A DNA stretch of 64,000 nucleotides from NCBI GenBank assembly GCA_963674865.2, contig CAXXYE010000009.1, forward strand, positions 1,920,001-1,984,000, written 5' to 3'. Of this stretch, positions 39,843 to 51,099 are shown piece after piece; position 1 is the stretch's first letter; each line of letters begins with the position of its first letter. The notes beneath the pieces were generated by a model that saw only the letters and a list, made by a program, of their open reading frames with translations, searched no databases and was not told where the DNA came from. Origin of the DNA: Candidatus Hydrogenedentota bacterium. GTDB taxonomy: Bacteria; Hydrogenedentota; Hydrogenedentia; Hydrogenedentales; SLHB01. A program made the translations under genes and the position numbers.

Positions 39843-42800
39843 TCACTTCATATATCGGTCAAGCCAGGCAAAGGCGTCCTCTTGCATAGCCGCATTGAAC
39901 TCGTGGGGGACGTCCCAGAGTCGGCAGTAGAGACTCTCCGCAACGTCTTGCGACTCCCAAACCTCCCGCATGCGTGTATAGGCGGCTTCCACGCCGGGTA
40001 CGGGGAACAGGCCATCCCGCGAACCGTTGAAGAACAACATGGGCTTCGGACACGCGATGGCGGCGACATCGGGATAGTCGAGGGCGTTGCGCAGATCCGG
40101 ATGAATCATGCTGTACGCCGAGTACCCTGTGGTCTGGTTATTGCCCTCCTCGGCGAGGGTTGCCGTATCGCCTATCCAACAAATGGCGGCGCCGGCCTTC
40201 ACAATATCCGTCGCGGCGGCGAGATGCCACGTGCGGTTGGCGCCCATGGAAAGGCCGACGCACGCAATCCGGTCGGGATCGACCTCCGGCAGCCCTTGGA
40301 GAAACTCCGCGCTGCGGATGTCATCCCGCACGTTGTACCCTGCCCATGAGTAGCCGAGCTGCAGCATGTTGGCGCCGACCGCCTGCTGGTCTTCGTAGTC
40401 GACGCCTTCCATGCGCCCGCGGTCTCCCCAGTACAACACGTCGATGGCGAATACCACGTAACCGCGCTTAGCAAGTTCGTCTCCGATCCAACGGCCGCCG
40501 TAACACTCGTTCACCCACGCTGTGGCATCGTCGAGCACGGCTTGGGATTCCCCGAAAGGCCGCACGACCTTCTCCTTGCCGATGGAGAAATGCGCCCCGT
40601 GATCGTGCAGGGCGATCATCCCCGGGAAGGGGCCGTTGCCCTTCGGCACGAGCAAGTAGGCTTTGATGCGGCAGTCGGCATTGATGTTGAAAGCAATCTT
40701 GCGGGCCTCATACGTCTCGCGATCCTCGACGGCGATCACGGCGGGGGCAAAGGGCGCCCGTCGCGGCGGGGTCGACAAGCTGTCCAGGTATACGCGCCTT
40801 GCTTCTGCGCGCCAGTCCGCGAATGGCAAGTCCGTGTGCTGCCACGCCAACGGAAAATCCATGCGCCGTACCCGAGCGTCGTTGAACGACGGCAACATCC
40901 GGCGAACGCCATAAGTGTCCACTCCGGCCACGGCTTCGGGCGGGGCGGCAGGTGCGGCCCGCCAGCGCACCGCGTCCAGTTCATACCGGGCGCGCAGATC
41001 GTCGAGCGTGCCTTCCAGCAGATACACATGGACGCGCAAGGTCGTGGGACCGTCCTTGCGCAGGGGCGTCGAGCCTTGCGAGTGGATACAACGGTGCGAT
41101 GCCCCCGCGTTGTTGCACAGGCTGGTCGAGAACTCCGCTGCCGTGGCGGCCACCCACCGGCCGTCCGGGCTCGTGCAAGCGATAAGCGCGTTGTCGGGCC
41201 GAGGCGACTGAATAGTGCGCCATCCGCTCTCGGCCATGCCGCCGGTCATCTCCGGCGAAGGGTAGCCCGTGATGTATAGAACATTGCGCTCATTTCCGCC
41301 CGCACACGATCCGACGCTGGTCCACTCACCGTCGCTGAGAAACCACAGCCTGTTGAGCAGGTCTTGTGCGTCCGTCTCGAAGATGCCACCGTTCATCTGA
41401 GTACAAGGCCCTACGCCTAGGTTGCCGCTGGGGACGACGCCGGGCTTCGGCCAAGTTGTGTAGGTGCACTCAACATAATCGGGATGCGGCACAAAGCTGG
41501 CGCTAAACGTGGCGCTTTCCCGGTCGATCGTGTAGGAAACCGCACCGTTCGCTTCATCCCGTTTCCAATCCAAGGCCATTCCACCGAGTTCTTCTTCCGA
41601 ATAACCCAGTTCTGGGAAAGTCACCCATTCGGGCCCCCAAAGCAGAAAACCGACGCTCGGATCGTCAGGCCGTTCGATACGAAGATACGATCCCTTATCT
41701 GCGGGCGTGAGCCGTAGCCGTCCGTCGGGAATACGCGCCACCACAGAGGCCAACTCAGGGCTCATCCCGAACAGCCGCTCCGCGGGCCGGTGCCTTAGGT
41801 AGAATCGCAACACGTCGGGGAAATATACCAAGCCCTCCGGCGGTGAATAACCCACACTCACCGCGCCCTCAGTGTAGTCGCGGGATGGGTCTCGGTCATC
41901 CGGCTTGGCGTAAAGGTCGTAGATGGTCTTCCCTTCAGGTATCGCGCCGGTTGTCTGCTCCCAACCGGTCACGGACGCCAAGATACGGCCCGAGCGTCGA
42001 AATCCCGCGACCCTCGCTTGCAGGGCGCGTTCAATGGCGTCGATCAAGTTGTCAATGGGCTCGCCGCGGGCCTCGAGCACCGATGCAGCCCGGACGAGTT
42101 GGGCTGCGTGTTCCATGTTCTGGCTGAGAGTCAATCCTGAACTCGCGGGGTGTGGGTACCGCCACCCGCCGGTCGGGTCTTGCGAGGCCGCCAGAAAATC
42201 GGCCACGGCACGCACCACATCGCGCAAGCGCGGCTCGTCGGGACATTCGGCCAACAACTCCGGCAACCCGGCTAACGCATATCCGATGATGTAAGGCTTG
42301 GCGAATGGCGCCTCGTAGCCGTGCTGGTCGTCATCGATGAATGGACCGTCCTTCACAATGGGCTCGCCGCCTTGGCTGAACAAGTCGCCAGCCGACAGTT
42401 TTGTGCGGAGTTCGCTGAACAGCCGCAAGGCCTCCCGCTTGAACCGGATGCCACCGGTGAACCGGTACAGGCGCATGAAATCGGCTACGTCACCGATGTT
42501 CCGGCATTGGCCCGTATCGGTGTGGACGTGATTTGCCGCGTAGTCGAGCTGGCTCAGCAACGCCGCCATCATGCGCGGGTCACCGGTCTCTTCATAGGCA
42601 TAGAAAAAGGCGTCGTAGCCTTTTGTGCAAAACGTGCTCGCGCCGTCAAGGCGCCACATGAAATCCGGGTCCCGCTCCTTACTTCCCGTCGCGGAAGCAC
42701 TGTTGTACCGTGTACCGCCGAAATCATCATCGTCGCCCCACCAAAGCGACAGGTCATGCATGTTGTTGCACCACAACACCGCCGCGTTACGTAGGGCCCT

Positions 42801-44096
42801 ATCGCGGGTTCGGTAGGCCTCCTCGAATATAGCCGGGCAATGATTGAGCCGGTTCATGCCGTATGCGCCGCCATGCTGTTGTCCGTATGAAAAAGCGGTG
42901 ATGTTTCCGTAGTCGTCGCCCACGGCGGCAGACTTTTTCACTGCTTCCCACGTATATCTTGAACAGTCGTCCAGCACGGGCCATAGCGCGAGGTCCGCCG
43001 AACTGCCCGAGCCGTAAACAGCATCAAACGCTTCTTGGGCAACGGTTACAGCAAGGTCCGGTTCGAGGAGGGCGCTTCGGGGTGTGTTGGATGCAGGCCC
43101 AACCACGACAGCCGCCCGCCGCCAGACCATGCTCTGAAACGGCACACTCTCGTCGGCGGTGCAGCGTAGATACCTCAGTTCGTCCGCGGTGCTCACTACG
43201 CGTCCCCGCCGTGTCAATGGGGCCACGGGAAACGTGATAACGGTCGCTCCGTCCGATGCAGTAACCACACACGGTTTGCCGTCTGCAAACAGGTGCTGGA
43301 TTCCCGCCGGAAGTCCGGGGCCGGTGAGATGCCAGCCGAGATCCGGCGCCGTCGCATCGCCCTCGGCGCGACGTTGCACGTGCCCCTGGATCGCTACGGT
43401 ACCCAGGCAATCTGCCTGGACCTCGATGATCCGCGGCCAATCCGGGTCCGGGAGGAGGAGTCGCACCCAGACGTAGTGCTGCCCCGCCTCGACGGTTTCT
43501 GCAACAAACTCCCCGGATGACCTCGGCGGGGCAATAAGGTCGGCCTGCCATCTCTCCCGGGCATCTATACTCCAGGAGACGGTGTCGGGATCGACATGAA
43601 TCGCCAGAGTGCCGAGCGCAATTTCGAGCCCATTGCCCTGCTCCGTCACATCGCTCCCATGGGCGCCTTCTTCCGGTGGGGCCAAAACAAGCCTGAAATC
43701 ATGCGTTGTCGTGTCCGCGAAGTTAAAAGGAAAGGTGACCAACGCTCGGCGCACCGATCGCGGCCGGCCCGGATGGTACGTGAGCGGGCGCACGTCCGCG
43801 ACAACGTCCACACCCCCGCAGGGCGCACACAGGCCCATCTCCGCGGGCAACGCAGCGGGTGCGAAGGGCAACGACACTCGGACAAGATGCGTGCCTACGG
43901 ACGGCGGCGTCGCCTCGAATGAGGGCAAGGCGCCGATATGCCCCGCACACACTCCGTTTTCAGACACGGGGGGCTCCTGAACGCCGAATTGTCCTTGCAT
44001 GGCCCGGCCCGTCAGCGCAGGGCAACGTGAACTCCAGATGAGTGCTCCTGCAAGAACAGCCAGAATGAAGCCCAATCGCACAGTATTCCAAAACAT
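39843..44096 (-). CDS. Secreted multidomain protein: N-terminal (alpha/alpha)-barrel-like region, unknown middle domain, C-terminal alpha/beta hydrolase (dienelactone hydrolase/esterase-like)
   Basis: Signal peptide; C-terminal 'ALHDHGAHFSIGKEK', 'VGLSMG' nucleophile elbow, 'DGLF', 'PHEF'. Confidence 0.75.
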   Translation of the reverse strand: MFWNTVRLGFILAVLAGALIWSSRCPALTGRAMQGQFGVQEPPVSENGVCAGHIGALPSFEATPPSVGTHLVRVSLPFAPAALPAEMGLCAPCGGVDVVADVRPLTYHPGRPRSVRRALVTFPFNFADTTTHDFRLVLAPPEEGAHGSDVTEQGNGLEIALGTLAIHVDPDTVSWSIDARERWQADLIAPPRSSGEFVAETVEAGQHYVWVRLLLPDPDWPRIIEVQADCLGTVAIQGHVQRRAEGDATAPDLGWHLTGPGLPAGIQHLFADGKPCVVTASDGATVITFPVAPLTRRGRVVSTADELRYLRCTADESVPFQSMVWRRAAVVVGPASNTPRSALLEPDLAVTVAQEAFDAVYGSGSSADLALWPVLDDCSRYTWEAVKKSAAVGDDYGNITAFSYGQQHGGAYGMNRLNHCPAIFEEAYRTRDRALRNAAVLWCNNMHDLSLWWGDDDDFGGTRYNSASATGSKERDPDFMWRLDGASTFCTKGYDAFFYAYEETGDPRMMAALLSQLDYAANHVHTDTGQCRNIGDVADFMRLYRFTGGIRFKREALRLFSELRTKLSAGDLFSQGGEPIVKDGPFIDDDQHGYEAPFAKPYIIGYALAGLPELLAECPDEPRLRDVVRAVADFLAASQDPTGGWRYPHPASSGLTLSQNMEHAAQLVRAASVLEARGEPIDNLIDAIERALQARVAGFRRSGRILASVTGWEQTTGAIPEGKTIYDLYAKPDDRDPSRDYTEGAVSVGYSPPEGLVYFPDVLRFYLRHRPAERLFGMSPELASVVARIPDGRLRLTPADKGSYLRIERPDDPSVGFLLWGPEWVTFPELGYSEEELGGMALDWKRDEANGAVSYTIDRESATFSASFVPHPDYVECTYTTWPKPGVVPSGNLGVGPCTQMNGGIFETDAQDLLNRLWFLSDGEWTSVGSCAGGNERNVLYITGYPSPEMTGGMAESGWRTIQSPRPDNALIACTSPDGRWVAATAAEFSTSLCNNAGASHRCIHSQGSTPLRKDGPTTLRVHVYLLEGTLDDLRARYELDAVRWRAAPAAPPEAVAGVDTYGVRRMLPSFNDARVRRMDFPLAWQHTDLPFADWRAEARRVYLDSLSTPPRRAPFAPAVIAVEDRETYEARKIAFNINADCRIKAYLLVPKGNGPFPGMIALHDHGAHFSIGKEKVVRPFGESQAVLDDATAWVNECYGGRWIGDELAKRGYVVFAIDVLYWGDRGRMEGVDYEDQQAVGANMLQLGYSWAGYNVRDDIRSAEFLQGLPEVDPDRIACVGLSMGANRTWHLAAATDIVKAGAAICWIGDTATLAEEGNNQTTGYSAYSMIHPDLRNALDYPDVAAIACPKPMLFFNGSRDGLFPVPGVEAAYTRMREVWESQDVAESLYCRLWDVPHEFNAAMQEDAFAWLDRYMK

Positions 44097-44606
44097 GACC
44101 TTTTCCTTCCATCGCTCCCACGCGCCGGCTAAGGTAACAATAGCCTCACCTTCGTCTTCACCATTAAGCGACTATCGTAGCTCCTCGTCGAGATTGCGGG
44201 TCGACCACGCCGCTGCCAGTTTCACGCCGAAGGATAGGCGCTCTTCCCACATCGGTCTCGGTCGGGTACTACCAGCGGACAACTCCGCAGGCCCCCTCTT
44301 GCGCGGGCCTCATCGCAGTTACCAGCGCGATCTCAAGTTTGAGTCACAGACCCGACGTGGGTTCCAAAAACTGTCTTCAATGAGTGGACCAAAAGACCTC
44401 GTCGTGGTTCAAGAGGGAGCGACAGCAGCCCGAAAGCAGCAACTCCAAGAAAGACGGGTTTCGTGCGCAGCAGGACTTCTTGACCTTCTTCCAGCAGATG
44501 CAGAAGCGGCGACTCGCGGTGATTTTGAACATCATTGAAGCTTGTATGGCCGAGACTGCATGCGTAATGTCGGTAACGCGTGCCAGAAGATGCAAAGAAC
44601 AATTCT

Positions 44607-47600
44607 CTAGAAGGGGCTCATACCTGCGTAGAAGTTCCCGTCGTTCCCTTTGAGGCTCTTGAACTGGACGCCCTTTAGCAGGGGCCGAATCACTTCCTCG
44701 ACCGACATACTGATTCTAGGCCGGAAAGCATCACCCTGCACGTACTCTAGAACACCGTCCATAAGCGCGATCGTCGCAGGATCGTCCATGTCGAGGTTGA
44801 ACGATACCGTGAAGATGCAGCCCCCCTCCGTCTGGGCTTCCCACATCGCCGACTGCAGGCGGATGTACTTGTAGGAACTCACAACTTCCACGATGGGGTT
44901 GAACTCGACGGGAAACTTGTTGAATTCGACGCACTTGCCGTTCTCAAGGAGCTTGCTGAATTGCCAGTCGCACCAACCTTCGTGCGGCACGTATTTGAGC
45001 GCGGAATGTTGGTTGATGACCGTGGCGAAGTTCATATGCGCGCGGCCGGCCACGCCGATCTGAAAACGGGTGTCGTTTGCGGGAAACGGTTCAGCGCCAA
45101 GAAGCAGCACATTGCCGCCCGCCGCGAGGTGGTCCACGTCGGCTTCGGAAAGCCTTCTCACGATGCGAAGCGCCGCCTCCGGGGCTTCCGCCACGGGGCG
45201 GATTCCCGGATACCGGCCTTGTAGTAGTTCGAGCGCCTCGCCGTCTGCGGCGGCGGACACCGCAGGCGCCTCGCGTCCGGGAAACACCCAGAAGTCCCAG
45301 TGGTTCGTAATATCGTATCCCGGACCTTCCAGGGCGACGTCCAGCACCAGGTGTCGTGGCGCATCCAGTTCCGGGAAGTTGAACGCGATATTGCCCACCT
45401 CGGCGACCGCACCGTCCGGGGCCTGTATGTTCTCAAGAGCCCCATCCAGGACCACGTTTTCGCCGTCGAGCAGGCGCCATGCAAGGTTCCCGCTACGCAG
45501 GTCGGCCCCGCCGTAGAGGGACGTCATAACCGGTACGTCGAAGCTCTCCCCGCTGCGGAAGATGTGTCGCTTGGCGTTGTCCAGGAGTACGACGCTCTCG
45601 CCGTTGTACTGAAGCACGCGCTCGAGTGTATCGCCGGGCTTGAACTCGAAGAACTCGTTCAACATCCCGCATCCGTATCCCGAGTTGTGCCAGTGGCTGT
45701 CCCGTGCGCCTAGAAGGTCGTAGCCATCGAAGTCATCGCACTTGCGAAGGTTCTCGAGCACGAACTTCCGGGCTTGCCCGTGCCAGCGGGCCGAGTTCTC
45801 ATAGTACGTGGGAGCCATGTCTAGGCGGCCGGCCGCCGTGACATATTCGCGGGCGGCCCTGTAAAGGTCGGCGGGCATGGTGCCCGTATAGCGCGACTCG
45901 AGCGAAAGGTCGATGTACGTGCCGATAATCCCCGATTCGTGCGCCAGAATAGGGCGCTCATAGTGCGTGTATTCCGGCTCGACTTCGCGCCAGTCGCGTC
46001 CGGCGAAGTTGGAATAGCTGAAGTCATTGGCCCTAGCCGCAAAGACGTCTGAATACCGCGTTACACGTGCCCATAGGGCCTCATAGTAGGCGTCTTCGTC
46101 TTCAAAATGGGGCGGGAGGGGAAGGTCGGCGTGTCCTGCTTCAGATTCCGGCCCGGACATGGTGTGCATGGGAATGATGAGCGCATCCGGAGCGAGTGCT
46201 TTGGCTTCACGGTAGCGCTCGGCGAACTTCGAAATAAGCCCTTCGTGGCCCACTTCCTCGTTGCCCCCGCAGTACATGACAACCGAAGGATGGTTGCGGC
46301 AGGACCGGATCATCTCGCCCCAGCGCGCATCGTCACGCGGGTCGCGGGTGGGACTGACAGAGTGTTCGGGTTGAAGCAGAATACCGACTTCGTCCGCCGC
46401 CCTCATGTACGACTCCATGGGAACCCACGTGTGGAAGCGGATGTAATTGAAACCAACTTCTTTAAGGCGTTCTAGTCGTTCGCGGAAGTACTGCACATCA
46501 TTCGGCGGATGAACTTCGGGGGCGAAGAAGTATATCTCGCACAGCCCTCGCAGGAGGATGGGGCGTCCGTTGAGAAAGAGACGCCTATCTCGTCGCTCCA
46601 ATCGTCGCAGCCCGTAAGGCCGACTTCCCGCGTCTATCGGCGTTCCATCCACGTTCTCCCATCGTACCTCGATTTCGTGAAGGGTGGGCTCCCAGATGCT
46701 CCAGGGCTTGACCCCATCCGAAACGCAGGCCCAATCTACAGTGAGCACTTCACGGGCCGCCAAGGCCCGCACGGCCACTTCACCATTGCGAATAGTCTCG
46801 CCCTGGGTGTTTGCTATCCTCCAGACAAGGCGCGTGTCGCGAGGCAGTCCAGCGGGGGCAGTTAGTTCGGCTTTCCATCGCAACTGCCCCAGGCCCTCCT
46901 CCGGATACACATAGTACGATGCGATGCGACCGGAGCCCGCCGACACGTGCAAAGAGACATCGCCATAGATTCCCCCGGACCCGCCCGCGTACCCGCGAAG
47001 GGCGCAGCTGTTGATCCAGCGCACCGCGTTGTCGACACCCAGGACAATCTCGTTGGTCTCACCGCAGAGCAATTCGCCTGTCAAATCGAATTCCGCCGGT
47101 GTGTCGTGACCATGGTGCATGTCCATATATACACCGTTCAGGTAGCAGTAGGTATCAACGCGTGCGCCACCTACCCGAAGGATAACGGTGCGGCCATCCC
47201 AGTCGCGGGGAACATCAAACTGCTTCTTGTACCAACCGACACCCTGGACGAATGGCAACCCCGCGTCAGGGTGGCGCGGCCGGCCTGAACCCCGATAGGG
47301 AAACCGGATCGGATGGGCGTTCGAGCCCCCATAATATGCAACATTGCTGCCCCAAGGTGCTTCGGGAATGTAGCTCAACTGGTCATCCCAGTACCCCGGC
47401 ACCGCCATGTCGAGGGCAAACTGATCGTCCGTGGGAAGCTGCGGGTTGGGGCGGATCATCACCGCAACGGTGAATCTCTCGACGACTTCCGCTGGAGACG
47501 GGTTCGTAGTGTAGGCGAACCGCCACGAGCCGTTCAGGGAAATGTCCTCCGCTCTTACACCCCACGCCAACACGACGAGCCCTATCAACAGAGTGCAAAA

Positions 47601-47618
47601 TACAAACCTCTTTGTCAT
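44607..47618 (-). CDS. Glycoside hydrolase family 2-like protein
   Basis: Signal peptide from MTKRF; 'ISLNGSWRF', 'GVGWYKKQF', 'FNYIRFHT' and 'RNHPSVVMYCGGNE' (GH2 acid/base NE). Confidence 0.85.
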   Translation of the reverse strand: MTKRFVFCTLLIGLVVLAWGVRAEDISLNGSWRFAYTTNPSPAEVVERFTVAVMIRPNPQLPTDDQFALDMAVPGYWDDQLSYIPEAPWGSNVAYYGGSNAHPIRFPYRGSGRPRHPDAGLPFVQGVGWYKKQFDVPRDWDGRTVILRVGGARVDTYCYLNGVYMDMHHGHDTPAEFDLTGELLCGETNEIVLGVDNAVRWINSCALRGYAGGSGGIYGDVSLHVSAGSGRIASYYVYPEEGLGQLRWKAELTAPAGLPRDTRLVWRIANTQGETIRNGEVAVRALAAREVLTVDWACVSDGVKPWSIWEPTLHEIEVRWENVDGTPIDAGSRPYGLRRLERRDRRLFLNGRPILLRGLCEIYFFAPEVHPPNDVQYFRERLERLKEVGFNYIRFHTWVPMESYMRAADEVGILLQPEHSVSPTRDPRDDARWGEMIRSCRNHPSVVMYCGGNEEVGHEGLISKFAERYREAKALAPDALIIPMHTMSGPESEAGHADLPLPPHFEDEDAYYEALWARVTRYSDVFAARANDFSYSNFAGRDWREVEPEYTHYERPILAHESGIIGTYIDLSLESRYTGTMPADLYRAAREYVTAAGRLDMAPTYYENSARWHGQARKFVLENLRKCDDFDGYDLLGARDSHWHNSGYGCGMLNEFFEFKPGDTLERVLQYNGESVVLLDNAKRHIFRSGESFDVPVMTSLYGGADLRSGNLAWRLLDGENVVLDGALENIQAPDGAVAEVGNIAFNFPELDAPRHLVLDVALEGPGYDITNHWDFWVFPGREAPAVSAAADGEALELLQGRYPGIRPVAEAPEAALRIVRRLSEADVDHLAAGGNVLLLGAEPFPANDTRFQIGVAGRAHMNFATVINQHSALKYVPHEGWCDWQFSKLLENGKCVEFNKFPVEFNPIVEVVSSYKYIRLQSAMWEAQTEGGCIFTVSFNLDMDDPATIALMDGVLEYVQGDAFRPRISMSVEEVIRPLLKGVQFKSLKGNDGNFYAGMSPF

Positions 47619-47677
47619 GGTTTCTCCACCGACGTCTTCGGTTTCTAGATCTTGACCGTGCTCGGGCGGCGCATTCT

Positions 47678-50050
47678 TCATTTGTATTCGGCTTGCGACC
47701 ATTCCTCAAAAAAAGCGACGGCAGGCTTGTTGGAAGCCGTGAGCGCTCCCGCCCACTCGGATCTGTCCATGTTATTCAGAAGAACTCGGTCCTCACCGGC
47801 AGCGCGCACGAGGTGTTCGACGTCAGCTACCTTTAGAATCCCGGGGATTTTTGAAGCCGAATTGTCGTAACCCACAAGCTGCACAAAGCTCGAGAACATC
47901 CCGTCGATTGCCGTCCCCTTGATACGATTGTCCAGGAGCGACGCGACCAGGCACGCCAAGCCCATTTCACGGCCCCGGCCCGCCACCAAGACACTCTCAA
48001 ACTCCTGCTGACCCTCCAAGTAGTTCACAACACACAGTAGGTCATATGCCCACATCCCGCCGAGTGGACGTCCCATAACGATGGGAGCCTGACGCAGAAT
48101 GTGCATTTCACCCCGCATGCCAGCGCCGCGCGGCTCCACCACAAACACCGTGGCATGACGGGCCAGGGCCTGCACCTCGTCTCGCTGTGATTCCGTCTCA
48201 AAATCAGACTCCCCGAGCCAGATGACGGCTCGCGGCCCTTTGCCCATCCGCAGTACGGCCACCTGCACGCCGGGGTCGGTCGTGAGCAGGAAGCCCCGGT
48301 TGGTTGGCACGGCTTCCGGGGCCTCAAGGCCCGGTAGGTTGAGCAATGCACGGACCTTCCCGGGCAGGGCTGAGGGCTCGGGACGCAACTTCGAACGGAG
48401 TGTGGCCGCCCGGTCAATCCAGATGCTATCTACGGTTTCGGCGCCCTCTTCCGGGATACCTTTTCCGCCAAAGACCAGAATCGCGGGGTCGGTCTCATCG
48501 AACAACTCGTCTTCCAGGGGCGGCTCGTCAACGGGAAACCCATCGCCCGTGCCCTTGAGCCAGCGGTCGACAAACCCATAGGTGGTCTCGCGCATGCGCT
48601 TTGTGTAATCGTGCACACCCGGTTCGATTGTGTGTAGCAGCCGTGACTCGGCGCCCAAAAGCCGATAGAAAGGCCGCGCGGCGTTGACCATCTGCTCGCA
48701 CGCGTAGGATGTGGCGTAGTCGGCGTCCACGTTCATGATGAGCATGGCCCTTGGCGCCGTAATGGCGATCAGGCTGGCCATGCCGCCCATTTGAGAGATC
48801 CCCGGCACCCAATTGTCGCCGGAGTAATAGAAGTTCAAGGCGAGTTCCGACATGGGCCAAAGCGCCACGGCAGGCATCACCGCGTCGAAGCGCTCATCCA
48901 CCGCGCCCGCGTAGAAGGTCTGCAGGCCCCCGCCTGAGGCCCCGGTAATCCCCAGGTGCGTGGTATCTATATCGGGTCGCGACTCCAGGTAGTCCACCCC
49001 GCGCATGATGTCCCATACTTCGTGGCCCGCGATGGCGCCTCCAGCGACCAAGGGGCCAAAACCCTCGTTGTTGCCGGGGATATGCCGTTCCCAGGCATAA
49101 ACGCCCTCAATGGCCAATACGGCATACCCATGTTTCGCGAGCCCGATACCCCGCAGTTGAGGTTTTTCGGAACTCTTGCCGTAGCTCCAGTGGCCGATGG
49201 CACTGATGATCGCGGGAACGGGTTCCGTAATGTTCTTCGGCAGATAGAGCAGCGCGGGCACGAGGTGGTTTGGCCGGCTTTCGTAAGCGATCTTTTCAAT
49301 GACGTAGTCCGTTCTGTCAATTCGGCCTTTGACGCTGGCGTTTAAGGGGGTCCGCGGTGGAAGGGGGTCGAGCCCCAGGGCGTTCAGCACCCGGCTCCGC
49401 AGCAGTTGCTGACGCTCGCTGACTTCCGCCACCGACCTGGGAGCGAGTTTAGGGGCTTCAAGCCGCACCAGCTCGCTCCTGAGCCATTCCGTGAACTGGA
49501 TAATTCGGCCGATTCGATCGTCCATTGGCGTCGAGCAGAAGGCCACGGCCGCAAAGCTGTGGTTACTAGCTTGGCCCGGGGTTGGTGACTCCACGCGGAT
49601 TTCAGCCTCGCTCTTGGGCAGGATCACCGATGCCACGCGCACCCATCCGAACTTGCACACCTTCGCCTGCATGGGCGGAATTAGACAAGAGTCGTTCACC
49701 CAGATACGGACGTCTGCTGGCGCTGAAGGTGACGTATAAATTCGGGCATAGACTTGATACTCACCACCCTCAAAGGCAACGTGCTTGCTTACAGGTGAAC
49801 CATTCGAGGTGAAGAAGTTGCCTGCTCCCCAAGACTGCCCCTCTTTCCACTGGTCGATTCCCGCCATTTCCGCCGCTTGGACGACTATCAGCTCCGCCCC
49901 CACTCGGCTGGGCAACAGCAGGAATAGAAGCGCGAGACTAACTGCCAAAGATCTGCGGAGTGGTGACCCACTACTCAACCACGAAACAACATGGCATTTC
50001 GTATTCTTCACTTGAGCTATTCCTATGCGGTTTGCTGAACATGGGACCAT
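47678..50050 (-). CDS. Acetylxylan-esterase-like alpha/beta hydrolase, multidomain
   Basis: 'YVIEKIAYESRP', 'GITGASGGG' nucleophile motif and 'GVHDY'; second degenerate hydrolase-like domain; start uncertain. Confidence 0.8.
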   Translation of the reverse strand: MVPCSANRIGIAQVKNTKCHVVSWLSSGSPLRRSLAVSLALLFLLLPSRVGAELIVVQAAEMAGIDQWKEGQSWGAGNFFTSNGSPVSKHVAFEGGEYQVYARIYTSPSAPADVRIWVNDSCLIPPMQAKVCKFGWVRVASVILPKSEAEIRVESPTPGQASNHSFAAVAFCSTPMDDRIGRIIQFTEWLRSELVRLEAPKLAPRSVAEVSERQQLLRSRVLNALGLDPLPPRTPLNASVKGRIDRTDYVIEKIAYESRPNHLVPALLYLPKNITEPVPAIISAIGHWSYGKSSEKPQLRGIGLAKHGYAVLAIEGVYAWERHIPGNNEGFGPLVAGGAIAGHEVWDIMRGVDYLESRPDIDTTHLGITGASGGGLQTFYAGAVDERFDAVMPAVALWPMSELALNFYYSGDNWVPGISQMGGMASLIAITAPRAMLIMNVDADYATSYACEQMVNAARPFYRLLGAESRLLHTIEPGVHDYTKRMRETTYGFVDRWLKGTGDGFPVDEPPLEDELFDETDPAILVFGGKGIPEEGAETVDSIWIDRAATLRSKLRPEPSALPGKVRALLNLPGLEAPEAVPTNRGFLLTTDPGVQVAVLRMGKGPRAVIWLGESDFETESQRDEVQALARHATVFVVEPRGAGMRGEMHILRQAPIVMGRPLGGMWAYDLLCVVNYLEGQQEFESVLVAGRGREMGLACLVASLLDNRIKGTAIDGMFSSFVQLVGYDNSASKIPGILKVADVEHLVRAAGEDRVLLNNMDRSEWAGALTASNKPAVAFFEEWSQAEYK

Positions 50051-50247
50051 AACGAGTATTCCATCTGGGCATTATCTTGGCCAATTCTCTGAATTCAGCT
50101 CAGCGTACAAGGCAATCGAAAACAGATGAGTTTTCAGGAAGCACAACACTTGGCGAACCCTGAAGCGAAATAGATCCTTCTAGCTGGCTTGTTATAACAG
50201 AGACAGATTGAAAACTCGATTCTAGCGATGCAGGGTAATCAGTAGTT

Positions 50248-51099
50248 TTGAAGGCATCTTCTTTCATATTGACGCTGACCGCAGTGGTCATCGGCGGCTT
50301 CTTCCTTGTGGGATGTTCAAATCCGAAGCCTTGGCCGGAAAGCCCTCTGTACGAGACGCCGGTCAACGATCCGAATTGGGAGGCGCCCGCGAGCAAGGAA
50401 GAAGCCATGGCCGCCATGGCAGGGCATTATGCCCACTACGATGTGGTTGCCTATGACGGCGAGACGCCCAACGGACCCCTGTCCACGTTTGTGATCTCTT
50501 ATGGCTTCACGGATTTGGTCATCGAAGATGGCGAGCTTGTCGAGTACGACAGCTTCTGTCACGCTGAACATAGAGCCAATCAGAATATGGTCACCATGTT
50601 CCCGGATGAGGCTACACAAGCCATCGTCCCCCGGAGCGCAATAGTCGATGTTTATGAAGAAGCCGGGAAATGGAAGATATGGCGTCCCGCAACACCCACG
50701 CTGATCGGGATCGATGGCAATCCCGACGAGCCGCTATCAATGGACCCCAATGATCCGCTGATCACCGATGATGACAACGATGGAAAGCCAGGCGTCACGG
50801 TGTTCGTGAAATTGTTCGGCCTGATTAAAGGTGAGATCTATCTTGCTCGTCGTGAGATATTCAAGAATGACTTGACGCTCTATTCCGAAGGTAGCTTGCG
50901 CGGCTCGGTGATTGACGATTCGGAACAGCTAGTGGTTGGCGCATCGCTTTGCATCCTGAACACACCGAATGATCCAAAGCAGTGGGAAGACCCCGGTCTC
51001 AACCCAATCATACTGGTTCCGATCCCCGATGACATCGACAGCTGTGAAGAACTCATGGCGAATCGAGATTCACTGTTTCCCGCTGAGCCCAAATTCTGA
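50248..51099 (+). CDS. Hypothetical lipoprotein
   Basis: Signal with lipobox 'LVGC'; acidic 'DDDNDGKPG' Ca-binding-like loop; TTG start. Confidence 0.7.
   Translation: MKASSFILTLTAVVIGGFFLVGCSNPKPWPESPLYETPVNDPNWEAPASKEEAMAAMAGHYAHYDVVAYDGETPNGPLSTFVISYGFTDLVIEDGELVEYDSFCHAEHRANQNMVTMFPDEATQAIVPRSAIVDVYEEAGKWKIWRPATPTLIGIDGNPDEPLSMDPNDPLITDDDNDGKPGVTVFVKLFGLIKGEIYLARREIFKNDLTLYSEGSLRGSVIDDSEQLVVGASLCILNTPNDPKQWEDPGLNPIILVPIPDDIDSCEELMANRDSLFPAEPKF

Noticed and set aside
44100..44600. Short ORFs or a structured RNA in the 500-bp gap
   Set aside because: No recognisable protein motif or RNA family; possibly decayed coding DNA.
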